Source: Candidatus Wallbacteria bacterium (GTDB taxonomy: Bacteria; Muiribacteriota; UBA9980). From it: a stretch of DNA of 64,000 bases. The translations under genes were made by a program, and so were the position numbers. Location of the stretch: NCBI GenBank assembly GCA_041441465.1, contig JASDSY010000032.1:72-64071 (forward strand), written 5' to 3'. The notes below the pieces were generated by a model. The model was not told the origin of the DNA. It was given only the letters and a program-made list of their open reading frames with translations, and ran no database searches. How positions within the stretch are numbered: position 1 is the first letter of the stretch; the number at the start of each line of letters is the position of its first letter. Below, piece by piece: positions 24,356-37,300 of the stretch.

Positions 24356-25801
24356 ATGAGTGGAAGAAAAATGAATATTCCCGTGGTTCATGTTATAGGC
24401 GGCGGATTGAGCGGTTGTGAATGCGCGCTCACTCTTGCCGCTTATGGTTTTAAAGTCAATATTTACGAGAAACGTCCGGCAAGCGGCGATGAGGTTTTTA
24501 AAACCGATAATCTCTGTGAGCTGGTTTGTTCGAATTCGCTCGGATCGGTTAAGCCGGATACTGCGCCTGGAATTTTAAAAGCTGAACTTGAAGAATTGGG
24601 TTCGTTCGTCCTTCGCGCGGCCAGGGCTGCGGCGGTTCCCGGCGGTCAGGCGCTTTGTGTCGATCGCGATAAATTTTCACAAAATATAAAAAATGAAATT
24701 TCGAGGTTCCCGAATATTGAAGTTATCCGGAAAGAAATCTTATCTTTTGACGATTTCGGTAAAAGTGACTTAGTTGTTATGGCGAGCGGACCGTTGACTT
24801 CGGCAAAGCTTTTTGAAAGCCTTTCGGAAAAATTTAAGGCCGAGCTTTATTTTTATGACGCGGTGTCGCCGATAATCGCCGCCGATTCGATCGATATGGC
24901 GAAGGCATTCTGGCAGAACCGATATCAGCGCGGTACGCCCGATTATTTGAATATAGCGCTGAACAAAGAAGAATATTTGAGATTTTACGAGGCTCTGATA
25001 GGCGCCGAAACTGTTCCTTCGCATGAAAACGAGAAAGAGATTTTCTTCGAAGGCTGCATGCCGATAGAGGAATTAGCGCGCCGAGGCACGCACACTTTGA
25101 GGTTCGGCCCGATGAAGCCTAAGGGAATAATAGACCCTCAGAATCCAGATAAGATGCCGTATGCCGTTTTGCAGCTGAGAACGGAAAATAATATGCATTC
25201 CGCCTTTAATCTTGTGGGTTTTCAGACCAAGATGAAATTTGGCGAGCAAAAGCGCGTTTTTTCAATGATACCTGGGCTTGAAAATATAAAAATACTAAGA
25301 TACGGCGTGATTCATAAGAATAATTACATCTATTCGCCCGGCGCCGTTAATTTTGACTTGAGCCTGAAAAATTCTGAAAATATTTATGTTGCGGGCCAGC
25401 TCCTCGGTTCTGAAGGTTATACTGAAGCGATAGCGACCGGAAAAATTGCGGCCCTGAATATAATTTTAAAATATCTTGTTCCGGCAGGGTTTGCCGGCGA
25501 ATATAAAACCTTAAAACGCTCTGTAATAGGGGCCGTGAAAAGCGAAGAATTTAGCGCCGGTGAGGTTAATGACAAAAATATTGTTTCAGTGCTTGATCTG
25601 ATTGAATACGAAAAAACTATGGCCGGGTCGCTTGTTAAGTATATAACTAAGAGCGAGGTAAAACCGAAAAAATTCGTTCCGATGAATTCAAACTTCGGTA
25701 TTATCGATATGAAAATTGCAGGGAGCCGTGAAGGATTCCCTGAAGTTTCAAAATCTGAAATCTGCAAAATAAAGGATTTTTTGGCTAAAATCGCTGGTTA
25801 A
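24356..25801 (+). CDS. trmFO: Methylenetetrahydrofolate--tRNA-(uracil-5-)-methyltransferase TrmFO
   Basis: VIGGGLSGCECA (FAD-binding), LCELVCSNSL, ALCVDR..F, FFEGCMPIE, LRFGPMKP, FQTKMK..EQ.RVF..IPGLE, AGQL.G.EGY.E. Confidence 0.9.
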   Translation: MSGRKMNIPVVHVIGGGLSGCECALTLAAYGFKVNIYEKRPASGDEVFKTDNLCELVCSNSLGSVKPDTAPGILKAELEELGSFVLRAARAAAVPGGQALCVDRDKFSQNIKNEISRFPNIEVIRKEILSFDDFGKSDLVVMASGPLTSAKLFESLSEKFKAELYFYDAVSPIIAADSIDMAKAFWQNRYQRGTPDYLNIALNKEEYLRFYEALIGAETVPSHENEKEIFFEGCMPIEELARRGTHTLRFGPMKPKGIIDPQNPDKMPYAVLQLRTENNMHSAFNLVGFQTKMKFGEQKRVFSMIPGLENIKILRYGVIHKNNYIYSPGAVNFDLSLKNSENIYVAGQLLGSEGYTEAIATGKIAALNIILKYLVPAGFAGEYKTLKRSVIGAVKSEEFSAGEVNDKNIVSVLDLIEYEKTMAGSLVKYITKSEVKPKKFVPMNSNFGIIDMKIAGSREGFPEVSKSEICKIKDFLAKIAG

Positions 25802-26088
25802 TCAGTTCGGCTTGAAAGTATAAAATACTTTTGGGTCTTTCAAAGCGGTAGTTTTGGCGAAAAGCGCATTATTGATTTGATGTGAAAATTTCATTCGATA
25901 GATTATCATGGAAAATGATTTTAGAAGCAGAAATTTTACTTTTGCCTGTTGTGAATTATTTTGTTTTAAATAATTTTTAGGTTTTATAGTATTATTCAAA
26001 ACATTTTCGACTTATTGTATTCAAATTATTTTTTTATGGCGCTATAAAAATAAATTTTTCAGGAAACAAAAAACGTGCCAAAAAAAAC

Positions 26089-26117
26089 TTGACTTATTGA
26101 CTAAAATCTGTTAGAAT
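26089..26117 (+). promoter_or_regulatory. Sigma70-type promoter for rpoBC with ~270-nt leader
   Basis: TTGACT (26089-26094), 17-nt spacer, TAGAAT (26112-26117). Confidence 0.5.
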
Positions 26118-26387
26118 ACTTAGAATTTAAAATAGTAATAAGCTCAAATAGCCCCGAAAAAGCGTATAATGCGCCAAACGGGCTTATTGTGTTTTCAAAA
26201 AGTAAAAAAGGTAACCGGTCCTAAAAATTTTTGAAAAGTCTTGAGAATTTGAAAATTATTATTAATCCGTACTTAAATTAAAAACTGAATATTCTTTTTT
26301 TTAGCCCTGCTTTGAAGCGTTTCAGAGTAGGGTTGTCGTGTTTAATACTTTAAAGTATTTTTATTTTTATGTAAGGAGTTGTCGTTA

Positions 26388-29300
26388 ATGCCAAGGGTAA
26401 TAACAAACAACACAACCGGCCAGGAAAAGCTTAATTTCGGCAGTGGTGATTACATCCTCGATATGCCGAATTTGATCGACATTCAGCTGGCTTCATACCG
26501 TGAATTTTTACAGGCGCACCGTGCGCCGCTAAACCGTCTGCGTCAGGGTCTTCAGGAAATATTTCTCGATGTATTTCCTATACAGGACTTTACCGGCAAT
26601 TTGATTCTTGAGTTTGTAGAATACAAGCTTGGTCTCGGCCGCTGCAAAGACTGCCCTGATACAAAAGGCACAAAAGTTAAGGAATGCAGTTATTATGACT
26701 GCCCTCACGCTAAAGAACGCGAGTGCACTTTCGCTACAATCGACGGCGTTCCGTATAGAATCAAATATGATCCTAACGAATGTAAAAAAAGAGATGTTAC
26801 CTATGGCGTTTCCCTTTCGATCATCATCCGCCTTATCAATAAAAATTCCGGTGAAGTGAAAGAACAGGAAATATTTTTAGCTAACCTTCCGTGCATGACC
26901 CAGCGCGGAACATTCATAATAAACGGTGCTGAACGTGTTGTCGTATCGCAGCTCCACCGTTCGCCTGGCACATATTACAAATATGATAAGCTGAAAAAAC
27001 AGTATCTTGCCAAAATAATTCCGTACCGCGGCGCATGGCTCGAATTCGAACTCGATGTTATGAAAGATACTATACATGTCAGAATTGACCGCAAAAGAAA
27101 ACAGCCCGTTACCGTTCTTTTTAAAGCAATGGGTTTCTCCGCTGAAGAACTGGGCGAACTTTTCAATAAGAGCGAATATATCGAAAACACTTTAAAATAT
27201 GATAAAACAAAGAGCAATTCAGAAGCGCTCGCCGATATTTATTCAAAAATACGTCCCGGCGAACCATTTATCGAAGAAAATGCGCTCAACCTTTTGAATG
27301 GATTATTCTTCGATCCGCGCAAATATGATCTTGCGGATGTAGGCCGTTACAAACTTAACAATAAATTGCGCATACGCGAACGTATTATAGGAAATACTCT
27401 CGGCGAAACATTACACAACAAAGAAACCGGAAAAGCTTGCGGTAAATCAGGCGAAATAATAACACGCGAAATGGCCGACGCTATTGAAGTTAGCGGCTGC
27501 GAAAAAGTTAAACTCCTTACCGGAGACGGCGAAATTCTTGAAGTTTTCAACGAAATCGACTTCGAGGAAATAATATTCCGCGATAAGGAAGCTTTCAGAA
27601 AGGCTTTGATAGGCAAAACTCTCGGCGAAACAATTATGGATCCGAAAACTAACGCCATACTTTATGAGCCTAAAACGACAATTACGCCTGATATAGCTTC
27701 AAAATTAAATAAATTAAAATTACAAACAATAAAAATCATAACTTCGGACGGCACTCTTACGGCTATCGCAAGAACGCAGTATGAAATGCTTTCATTCGAA
27801 GAAGAAGAACTTCTTAAAAAGAAAATTATCGGCCGTGAAATTGTACGCGAAATCAAAATAACCGATCCGGCTACGAAACAGAGCACTAAAATAGCTCCTG
27901 GAACGATTTTGACCAAGGAACTTTTCGCTTCGATAAAAGACGCGAAGTGCGAATCTATATTCGTAAAAAAAGGCCGCATTCTCACCAAATCTGATATTAT
28001 CTCGGTAGTCCGCTATTTAATCGATCTTTGCAACGGCCTCGGCCATGTGGACGATATCGACCATCTCGGCAACAGGCGCGTTAGAAGAGTAGGCGAATTG
28101 CTGCAAAACCAGTTCAGAATGAGCCTTATCAGAATGGAACGCGACATAAAAGAAAGAATGACAATTCAGGATTCGGCGACAATATCATCGCAGAGCCTTA
28201 TAAATGCCCGCCCTGTGGCCGCAATGATCAAAGACTTCTTTGGAACATCGCAGTTGTCGCAATTTATGGACCAGACAAACCCGCTTTCGGAACTTACCCA
28301 CAAACGCCGTATATCCGCCCTTGGACCTGGCGGCGTAAGAAGGGAAAGAGCCGGTTACGAAGTCCGCGACGTGCATCCTACTCACTACGGAAGAATATGC
28401 CCGATCGAAACACCTGAAGGACCGAACGCCGGTCTTATAAGCTCGCTTGCGATCTACTCCAATATAAATGAATATGGGTTCATTGAAACTCCGTTCAGAA
28501 AAGCCGAAAAAGGCAAACTTTCACGCGATGTAAAATACCTCGATGCTTATGAGGAAGACGAATATAAAGTTTGCCCTTCAGACATCAGCTATTGCTATGA
28601 CAAGCAGAAAAAATACGAAGTGATCGACGATAAAATCGTTTCGGCAAAATATAAAAGAGACGAAGAATATGAATTTTCGTACATCAATTCGAGCGAAGCG
28701 GACTTAATTCAAATATCGCCGCTTCAGATGGTATCTGTCGCTACCGCGTTGATTCCGTTCCTTGAAAATGACGACGCTAACCGTGCATTGATGGGTACGA
28801 ACATGCAGCGTCAAGCTGTGCCTCTTTTAAAAACCGAATCACCGTGCGTAGGCACCGGCCTCGAGCATAAAGTCGCTAAAGACTCTGGCGTTATGGTAGT
28901 TTCAAACTGCGACGGCGTTGTAAAAAGCGTTGACGCGAACAGGGTGATTATTGAAAAAACCCGTAAAATGTTCTGGGAAGGCATAAGCGACCATATTTTG
29001 AAAGAACCTATTTTCAAAACTGGCAGCAAGGAAATACTTTACGACGTAAACACTTTCATCGACGAAAAAATGGCCCGTGAAATCGACGAAAAAATGCCGC
29101 AGGTTAAATCGGTAAGAGTATCGACAAGAGACGGCGAAGTAGTTTATGTCAACCGCAGCGACTATCAGGACAAAAGAGCATATTACGAAACTTATGAACT
29201 CTTGAAATATAAACGTTCCAACCAGGGAACATGCATCAATCAGAAAGTCCTCGTAAAAGAAGGACAGAAAATCAAAAAAGGTGACGTGCTCGCTGACGGT

Positions 29301-31256
29301 CCGGCAACATGCGGCGGCGAACTCTCGCTTGGCAGAAACGTTCTCGGCGTATTTATGCCTTGGGAAGGGTACAACTTCGAAGACGCTATATTGTTATCGG
29401 AAAGACTTGTAAGGGACGATGTTTATACTTCGATACATATTGAAGAATATGAAATCGAAACACGCGATACGCGTCTTGGACCTGAAGAAATTACAAGAGA
29501 TATCCCGAACATTTCATCTGAAGCGCTCCGCAATCTCGACGAAGAAGGTATCGTAAGAATAGGCGCCGAAGTTGAATCAGGCGATATCCTCGTGGGTAAG
29601 GTTACTCCTAAAGGCGAAACCGAACTTACCGCCGAAGATAAACTTTTGCGCGCAATATTTGGTGAAAAAGCCCGTGAAGTAAGAAACACCTCATATACGG
29701 TTCCTCACGGTGAAGGCGGAAAGATCGTCGATGTTATAACATTCACACGTGAAAATAAAGACGAATTGCCTCACGGCGTTAATAAACTCGTAAGGGTTTA
29801 TATCGCTCAGAAACGTAAAATAACCGAAGGCGATAAGATGGCAGGAAGACATGGTAACAAGGGTGTTATCGCTAAAATACTGCCTGAAAAAGATATGCCG
29901 TATTTGAAGAACGGCACGCCTGTTGATATAGTTCTTAACCCGCTCGGCGTTCCTTCCCGTATGAATCTCGGACAGGTTCTTGAAACATATCTCGGCTTGA
30001 TTTACAGGGAGCTTGGTTTCAGATTTGAAGTACCTATATTTGAAAGCGCCTCGGAACTTGAAATAAGAGCCGGCCTTTCACTGCAGAGAATTCTCGAACA
30101 CGAAAGATTAAACTTATATAATCTTAACGAGAAAAAATGCTTCGGTTATTTGAAATTCGAAACGCTTGCTATTCAGGACATAATAAACAATTTTATCTCT
30201 AACATACAGAGCGAATATGACCACAACAAAAAAGAAGGTCTTCTTGGTCTTAACGCCCCAAGCATAAAATATTATCTTGAAACTTTAAAGTATTTGCTTT
30301 CAAAATATCAGGCTGTAGTTTATGACGCAGGCACAAACTTACCTGTCGGTATGACCAAAAAGTTAAGCGAAAAAGAATTGGATAAAATTCTTATGCCTAT
30401 CATGCCTTCAGAAAAATCGACAAAGAAAGTTGTTACTCCGTATTTTGATTTGTCAAAGTTAATAGATTATACTGAAAAAGTTGAATTCAAAAACAGCCAT
30501 CTTGAAATTGCGTACTATGTAGATGCAGTTGCAGGTGAAAATGGTGAAGTCGGCTATGCTAAAGTTGACGATAAAGCTAAATTCCCAAGACCTGAGACTG
30601 TTATTGAATCGCTGAAATCGAAGAATATAATCGCTGAATTCCAGAAAATGGCTGCGGTAACTGACCTGGTAGAGGTAGAAGACGGAAAGCAGACAATATA
30701 TGACGGCAGAACCGGCGAGCCTTTTGATAACAAAGTAACCGTAGGACAAATGTACATAATGAAACTCGCGCACTTAGTTGATGATAAGATACATGCCCGT
30801 GCTACAGGTCCGTACTCGCTCGTTACGCAGCAGCCTCTTGGCGGTAAAGCTCAATTCGGCGGTCAGCGTTTTGGTGAAATGGAAGTTTGGGCCCTCGAAG
30901 CTTACGGTGCAGCTCATATATTGCAGGAATTATTGACTGTAAAATCGGACGACGTTGAAGGCCGTGTCGAAGTTTATGGAGCAATAATAAAAGGCGAAAA
31001 TGTTATCACCCCTAAAGTTCCGGAATCATTTAAAGTTCTTGTGTCGGAATTGCAGAGCCTTGGCTTAAAGATTGAATTGAAGAAGGATAATACTTCCGTT
31101 CAGTTAAAAACAGAAGCTGAAGTAAAATTGCTTACTGACGAACAGCCTGCAGCTTCACAAAGATTCGGTGTCGAAGAAAATCTCGACGATTCCGAAGATG
31201 ATTTAGAAGATGATATCGATAACGGAACTGAAGAAGAACCTGAAACTGAAAAATAA
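26388..31256 (+). CDS. rpoB: DNA-directed RNA polymerase beta subunit, expanded by several lineage-specific insertions
   Basis: The ATG at 26388 (AAGGAG 9 nt upstream) is preferred over the TTG at 26379. Conserved blocks: [160 protein letters not shown]. Confidence 0.97.
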   Translation: MPRVITNNTTGQEKLNFGSGDYILDMPNLIDIQLASYREFLQAHRAPLNRLRQGLQEIFLDVFPIQDFTGNLILEFVEYKLGLGRCKDCPDTKGTKVKECSYYDCPHAKERECTFATIDGVPYRIKYDPNECKKRDVTYGVSLSIIIRLINKNSGEVKEQEIFLANLPCMTQRGTFIINGAERVVVSQLHRSPGTYYKYDKLKKQYLAKIIPYRGAWLEFELDVMKDTIHVRIDRKRKQPVTVLFKAMGFSAEELGELFNKSEYIENTLKYDKTKSNSEALADIYSKIRPGEPFIEENALNLLNGLFFDPRKYDLADVGRYKLNNKLRIRERIIGNTLGETLHNKETGKACGKSGEIITREMADAIEVSGCEKVKLLTGDGEILEVFNEIDFEEIIFRDKEAFRKALIGKTLGETIMDPKTNAILYEPKTTITPDIASKLNKLKLQTIKIITSDGTLTAIARTQYEMLSFEEEELLKKKIIGREIVREIKITDPATKQSTKIAPGTILTKELFASIKDAKCESIFVKKGRILTKSDIISVVRYLIDLCNGLGHVDDIDHLGNRRVRRVGELLQNQFRMSLIRMERDIKERMTIQDSATISSQSLINARPVAAMIKDFFGTSQLSQFMDQTNPLSELTHKRRISALGPGGVRRERAGYEVRDVHPTHYGRICPIETPEGPNAGLISSLAIYSNINEYGFIETPFRKAEKGKLSRDVKYLDAYEEDEYKVCPSDISYCYDKQKKYEVIDDKIVSAKYKRDEEYEFSYINSSEADLIQISPLQMVSVATALIPFLENDDANRALMGTNMQRQAVPLLKTESPCVGTGLEHKVAKDSGVMVVSNCDGVVKSVDANRVIIEKTRKMFWEGISDHILKEPIFKTGSKEILYDVNTFIDEKMAREIDEKMPQVKSVRVSTRDGEVVYVNRSDYQDKRAYYETYELLKYKRSNQGTCINQKVLVKEGQKIKKGDVLADGPATCGGELSLGRNVLGVFMPWEGYNFEDAILLSERLVRDDVYTSIHIEEYEIETRDTRLGPEEITRDIPNISSEALRNLDEEGIVRIGAEVESGDILVGKVTPKGETELTAEDKLLRAIFGEKAREVRNTSYTVPHGEGGKIVDVITFTRENKDELPHGVNKLVRVYIAQKRKITEGDKMAGRHGNKGVIAKILPEKDMPYLKNGTPVDIVLNPLGVPSRMNLGQVLETYLGLIYRELGFRFEVPIFESASELEIRAGLSLQRILEHERLNLYNLNEKKCFGYLKFETLAIQDIINNFISNIQSEYDHNKKEGLLGLNAPSIKYYLETLKYLLSKYQAVVYDAGTNLPVGMTKKLSEKELDKILMPIMPSEKSTKKVVTPYFDLSKLIDYTEKVEFKNSHLEIAYYVDAVAGENGEVGYAKVDDKAKFPRPETVIESLKSKNIIAEFQKMAAVTDLVEVEDGKQTIYDGRTGEPFDNKVTVGQMYIMKLAHLVDDKIHARATGPYSLVTQQPLGGKAQFGGQRFGEMEVWALEAYGAAHILQELLTVKSDDVEGRVEVYGAIIKGENVITPKVPESFKVLVSELQSLGLKIELKKDNTSVQLKTEAEVKLLTDEQPAASQRFGVEENLDDSEDDLEDDIDNGTEEEPETEK

Positions 31257-31262
31257 GAAATA

Positions 31263-31314
31263 AACGCTTGAAAAAATATGTCGGGCCGGTTTTTAGCCGG
31301 TCCGGCTAAAGCGT
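31263..31314 (+). promoter_or_regulatory. GC-rich stem-loop cluster in the rpoB-rpoC spacer (possible attenuator/processing site)
   Basis: AACGCTT (31263-31269) pairs with AAGCGTT (31308-31314). The inner segment TTAGCCGG-t-CCGGCTAA (31293-31309) is self-complementary. Confidence 0.35.
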
Positions 31315-31373
31315 TATTATTGCCAAGTTTTTAAACTATAATAGATTATTAATTATTTAAGGAGGAGATTTCT

Positions 31374-34300
31374 TTGTGGGACGTAGATAAATTTGATGCC
31401 ATACAAATTATGGTGGCTTCGCCTGAAGATGTTAGAGGTTGGTCATGGGGTGAAGTTAAAAAACCTGAAACCATAAATTACAGAACACATAAACCTGAAC
31501 GTGACGGTTTATTTTGCGAAGTAATATTCGGGCCTACACGCGACTACACTTGCTCATGCGGTAAGTATAAAAGCATCAGATATAAAGGCATAAAATGCGA
31601 ACGCTGCGCAGTTGAAATCACAGAATCGAAAGTTCGTCGTGAAAGAATGGGTCATATCGAGCTGGCTGCACCGGTGGCGCATGTTTGGTACGCTAAAGGC
31701 ACGCCTTCGTATATAGCTTTATTGCTTGATATTTCACCTAAAGACCTCGAAAAAGTTCTTTACTTTAATTCATACATAGTAATTAATCCTGGTAATTTGC
31801 CTTTAAATGAAAAACAGCTTTTGACCGAAAAAGAATTCCGGCAATATTCCGATAAGTACGGCAATCTTTTTGACGCGAAAATGGGCGCTGAAGCTATCGC
31901 TGAGTTGCTCGAAAAAATCGATCTTCAGAAGCTTGTATTGGATTTAAAATCAAAATTACAGGAAAAATCAAACTTTAAAAAACATAACATAATAAAAAGA
32001 CTCGAAGTTGCTGAAACGTTTTTGAATTCAGGCTGTAAGCCGCAGTGGATGATTATGCGCTATGTTCCGGTTATTCCGCCGGATTTGCGCCCTATGGTCC
32101 AGCTCGACGGCGGCCGTTTCGCTACGTCAGATTTGAACGACCTTTACAGGCGCGTTATTAACAGAAATAATCGTCTTAAAAAACTTATCGATATGGGCGC
32201 TCCTGACATAATTATTAAAAACGAAAAAAGAATGCTTCAGGAAGCTGTAAATTCATTGATCGATAACGGCAGGCGCGGCAGACCTGTTACAGGCCCTGGC
32301 AAACGTCCGCTCAAATCATTGAATGATATGTTAAAAGGTAAACAGGGCCGTTTTAGACAGAACCTCCTTGGTAAACGTGTCGACTACTCAGGCCGTTCGG
32401 TTATCGTTGTCGGACCGAGCCTTAAAGTTCATCAGTGCGGTCTTCCTAAAAAGATGGCGCTTGAATTGTTTAAACCTTTTATAATGAATAAGCTCGTTAC
32501 AAAAGGTCTTGCTCATAATATCAAGAGCGCTAAAAAGATGCTTGAACGCGGTAAGGCTGAAATATGGGATTTACTCGATGAAGTGGTAAGAGACCATCCG
32601 GTTTTATTGAACCGCGCTCCTACACTTCACAGGCTTGGTATTCAGGCATTCGAGCCGATCCTCGTAGAAGGAAAAGCGATACAGATTCCGCCTCTGGTAT
32701 GTACTCCGTTTAACGCTGACTTCGACGGTGACCAGATGGCTGTTCACGTGCCGCTTTTAATAGAAGCCCAGACAGAAGCCAGACTTTTAATGTTGAGCGC
32801 TCATAATTTGTTCTCGCCTGCTTCAGGTAAACCGATTATGAACCCTACACATGATATGACACTCGGCTGCTATTACTTGACCAGAATTTTACACCCTGTA
32901 AATACAAGAATAGTAAAAGAATTTACATGCTCGAAAACAAATAAAAAAATCACTCTGGAAGAACAGCTGCTTCCTGAAAAACAAAAATATAACTTTAAGA
33001 TTGCTGTCGATGTTTTTGATAAAGCAGGTAAAAACGTTATAAAAAAATATACTCCGATCAATAAATATTTAATGTCTAAAATTAAAGAACTCGGACTTAA
33101 AGAAGTAGAAATTTTCGAACAAAAAATTTATGCTTCAGCCGAAGAAGCTATTCATGCTTATGAGCAGAGGGTAGCGGACCTTCATACTGAAAATATCGTC
33201 AGAATCGGTGAAAAATATATCGAAACAAGCATAGGCAGGCTTATATTCAATCAGCTGCTTCCGAAAGAATTGGGATTTGTCAATAAACAGATTAACAAAA
33301 ACAGCCTTTCGAGCCTTGTTACATCGACATATCAAAACTGCGGCCTTGGCCGTACAGCCAGACTTCTCGATGAAATAAAAGAAATGGGCTTTAAATTTGC
33401 CACAAAATCAGGCCTTTCATTCTCGATTGCGGATCTTTTGATTCCTAACAGAAAACCTGAAATAGTTCTGGCAGCACGTAAAAAAGCAGCCGATCTTGGC
33501 AACAAGCTCGAACTCGGCGCTATTACACGCGAAGAAAAAAGACAGAACGATATCGATATCTGGCAGGGCGTAACAGCTGAAGTTACCGATGAAATGATTC
33601 AGGAGTTCCAGCGCCGTGACCAGGATGGCGAGTTTAACTCAGTTTATATGATGGCTATATCCGGCGCGCGCGGTTCAATGCAGCAGGTTCGTCAGCTCTG
33701 CGGTATGCGCGGTCTTATGTCGAATCCGCAAGGCGACGTTATAGATTATCCTATTATATCGAATTTCCGCGATGGATTGACACAGACAGAATATTTTATA
33801 TCGACATACGGCGCTCGTAAAGGTCTCGTTGATACAGCTTTGAGAACAGCTGACTCCGGTTACCTTACAAGAAGGCTCGTTGACGTTGCACAGGACGTAA
33901 TTGTGCGCGAACACGATTGCGGCGCAACGGAAGGTATATTTATTATGCCTCTCCGCGAAAAACGTAAATCAAATAACCTTATCGCTAATGAAATATTGAT
34001 TCCGCTCAGCACCCGTATTAACGGCCGTACAACAATAGCCGATATTGTTCACCCTGAAACAGGCGACATACTCGTTCATAAAGGCGAAGAAATATCCGCT
34101 GAAATGGCTCGTAAAATCGAACACGCTGAGTCGATAATCGAAATCGATACAAAAAATGCCGAAAGAGCTCTTGGATTGGTTGCGACGGAAAACGTTATAG
34201 ATGAGAAAACGGATAAGATATTGCTTAAGAGCGATTGCATAATCGATAACGTAACTTTAGAACATTTGAGAAATTATCGTGTAAGAAGAGTTAAAGTACG

Positions 34301-37300
34301 TCCGGCAGTTTATGTCCGTTCGCCGCTTACATGCAAGAGCAAACAGGGTATCTGTCAGAAATGCTACGGTAATGACCTTTCGACTGGAAAAATGGTTGAG
34401 CTTGGTGAAACGGCCGGAATTATCGCGGCACAGTCAATTGGTGAGCCTGGTACGCAGCTTACAATGAGAACATTCCATATAGGCGGTATCGCGTTGGCTC
34501 AAAAGATAGAAATCAGAAGCAACGTCGAAGGTGAAATCAATGTCGACGGCTTGAAATGGACATATAAAGTCGACCGTAAAAAACAGGCAATCGGCGGTAT
34601 CGATACCGACGGCAAAGAAACACCGGATATCGAAGAAGACTTAAGACGTATTGTTCTTGACGGTTATGTCGTTGTTATCAAAAAAGACGGCAAAAAAGAC
34701 TATTATAACATTCCGCCGGGCGCGTTCTTGAACCCTAAAGTCGCTAATGGCGAAAAAGTTGGTATCGGCGACGTGCTTTGCGAATACAACCCAAATCAGG
34801 TTGTTACACAGTTCAGCGGTAAAATAAAATTCAATAACCTTCTTGTTAAAGACGGTATCATAGTTTCAACTGACGGTAACATTATTCTTGAAAAAGAAGA
34901 GGGCGGTCTCGAATCATATAAAATTCCGCTCGGTTCATATTTAAGAGTAGAAAATGGCGACAAAGTTGAAGCTGGTTACATTATAGCCGAAAAAATAGCC
35001 GAACAGAAAGCTGCTATAGCCGGTATAAACGGTCAGGTTGAATTCTTTGATATAAAGATTAAAAACCAGAAAGTTATATCTGATAATGGCATAATATTTA
35101 TCTCGCCGCTTGATGAAAAAGAAAGCGTTCGTGAGAAAAAATATACGCTTCCTCAGGGCGTTAAAGAATTCAAAGAAGAGTCAAACGCTAAATACGGCGT
35201 TGAGCTTAAGGTTCGTTCCGGTAATGAAATTAAACGCAATGAAGAAATTCTTGCAATAACTTCCGAAATCGAAGGCGAAGTCAGCTTGAAAAACGGCGGC
35301 AAAGTTATTCAGGTTAAGAAAGACGCGCAAAAAGAATACTTTGTTCCGGCTGAAATTAAATTCGACGAAAGAAAAATTGATGATAAGATAAATACTATAA
35401 CTCTTATCTCAGAAACAGCAGGTCTTGCAAGGGTTGTTCAGCCTAAGGGCGCTTCTTCGAAAACTATCGATACACGCCGCATAATCATAACTGATGAATG
35501 CGAATATGAAATACCTCAGGATGCGAACTTAGTCGAGAGCAAGTTGAAAGTAAAACCCGGTTCAAATGTATCAGTTGATGAATTAATTTGCGAAGAAATT
35601 CAGTTTAAGGCAAATACAGACGGTGAAGTTGAAGTTAAGACTGAAGAACGGGCAATTGATTCGGAAGTATATGAAATCGGCTCGCTTGAAAGACCTATGC
35701 AGCAGAAAAAGATTGAACGTTATAATAAAGTCGTAATTCGTGAAGTTCGTGAATTGCCTTTAAAAGACGTCAACATAAGTTTAAAAGAAAAAGTTGTCGA
35801 TAAGGTTCTGGCTTCGCCTGTAATCGACTTAAGAACTAAAGAGATAGTCGTAAAAGAAGGCGAACGCATGACTGCTGAATTAGCTGATAAACTTTTCAAA
35901 GTTTCACCTATCGGCGGCTATGTAAAAGTCGAAAATGATTCGCCTGTTTTAAATCTTGACATTCAGACATTGAAAAAATATGTCGGTCAGAAAATAACAC
36001 GCGATATCAAAAATAAAAAGACAAAAGAAGTCTTATTCCATGCTGAAACAGTTATTGATAATAAAATGATTGTTGAAATTGACAAGATTCATACTGAAAT
36101 TACGCCTATGTATGTTCCAGCTGAACAAATCGTAGTTTCAAATGAGATAGTTGTTGCATTGAGAGATACCGCTGCTATACGTGAAAAACTTGTCGGAAAA
36201 ATTGCTAAGAGCGATATCATCTCATCGGAAACTTCAGAATTGATCTGCTCTGCTAAAACTGTAATAACGGATGAAATCAGAAATAAAATCCTTAATGACC
36301 ACACTATAAAAAGAGTGGAATTAATAGATTACAAGATTATCGAAGTTCCTGAAGGCGCATCTATAAAGGTAAAAGATGGTTCTCAGATTAAGGCCGGCAC
36401 AGAATTGATCTGCCCGACACATCTTGACAGAATCAGAGTTATTAATCATGTTGAGGAATATGAGCTTCCGACTAACATAAAATTGCTTGTAAAAACTGGC
36501 GATATTATAAAGACTGGCGATGAATTCGCTGAAGCTATTCCGTCTATAAAATCAAAAATTGCTGGTAAAGTTAACTATATAATGAAATACAGCAAGAAAG
36601 TAAATGATGAAGTTGTCAGAAAGATCATTATTTACTCGGGTAAAGAATATGAAATTCCTGACGGTCTTCAGATAAAAATCAAAAATGGCGAAAAAGTTGA
36701 GGCTAATACTCCGTTAACCGAGCCAATCGAATTTGAAGGCAAGATTGAATATACCGAAGATAAACGTTTCTATAAGTTTGTAAAACCTGAGAAAAACGAG
36801 AAAAAATATAAAATTACCGCAGATATGTTGTTACATGTTAATGAAGGTGATTTTGTAAAAGAAGGCGACAAACTTGCTTCGTTAATCAATGATAAATTCA
36901 GTCATGAAAAGGAATACAGCGAAAAGATCACTGTAACAAGCAGGAATATAGCTCAGCTTCGTTATTATCCGGTAATTCCTGATTCGTTAGAAATAAAAGT
37001 TTCGGGTAAAAAACATGATTATTTCAAACATATTGACCTTCTGAAATTAAAATCAGAAAAAGATATATTGGGATACAGGATTAATAAGACGCTTGTAAAC
37101 AATACAGACGGTGAAGTTGTAATTGAATATGACCGTGTAATTGATGAAGAAACGGCAAAGAAGATACATCTTAACGCCGCAAATCTCAATGAGACAAATG
37201 TAAAAATATACATTCCGGACATAACGATTAACTTTAACCTCGGTGAAATTCACTTTGAAAAGAGAATTGCCGAAGAAATAGAAGTTAATTACAAATATGA

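Noticed and set aside
26379-26387. TTG at 26379 as the rpoB start (ORF-track start)
   Set aside because: The AAGGAG box (26373-26378) abuts this TTG with no spacer. The ATG at 26388 lies 9 nt downstream of that box and gives the conventional MPRV... N-terminus.
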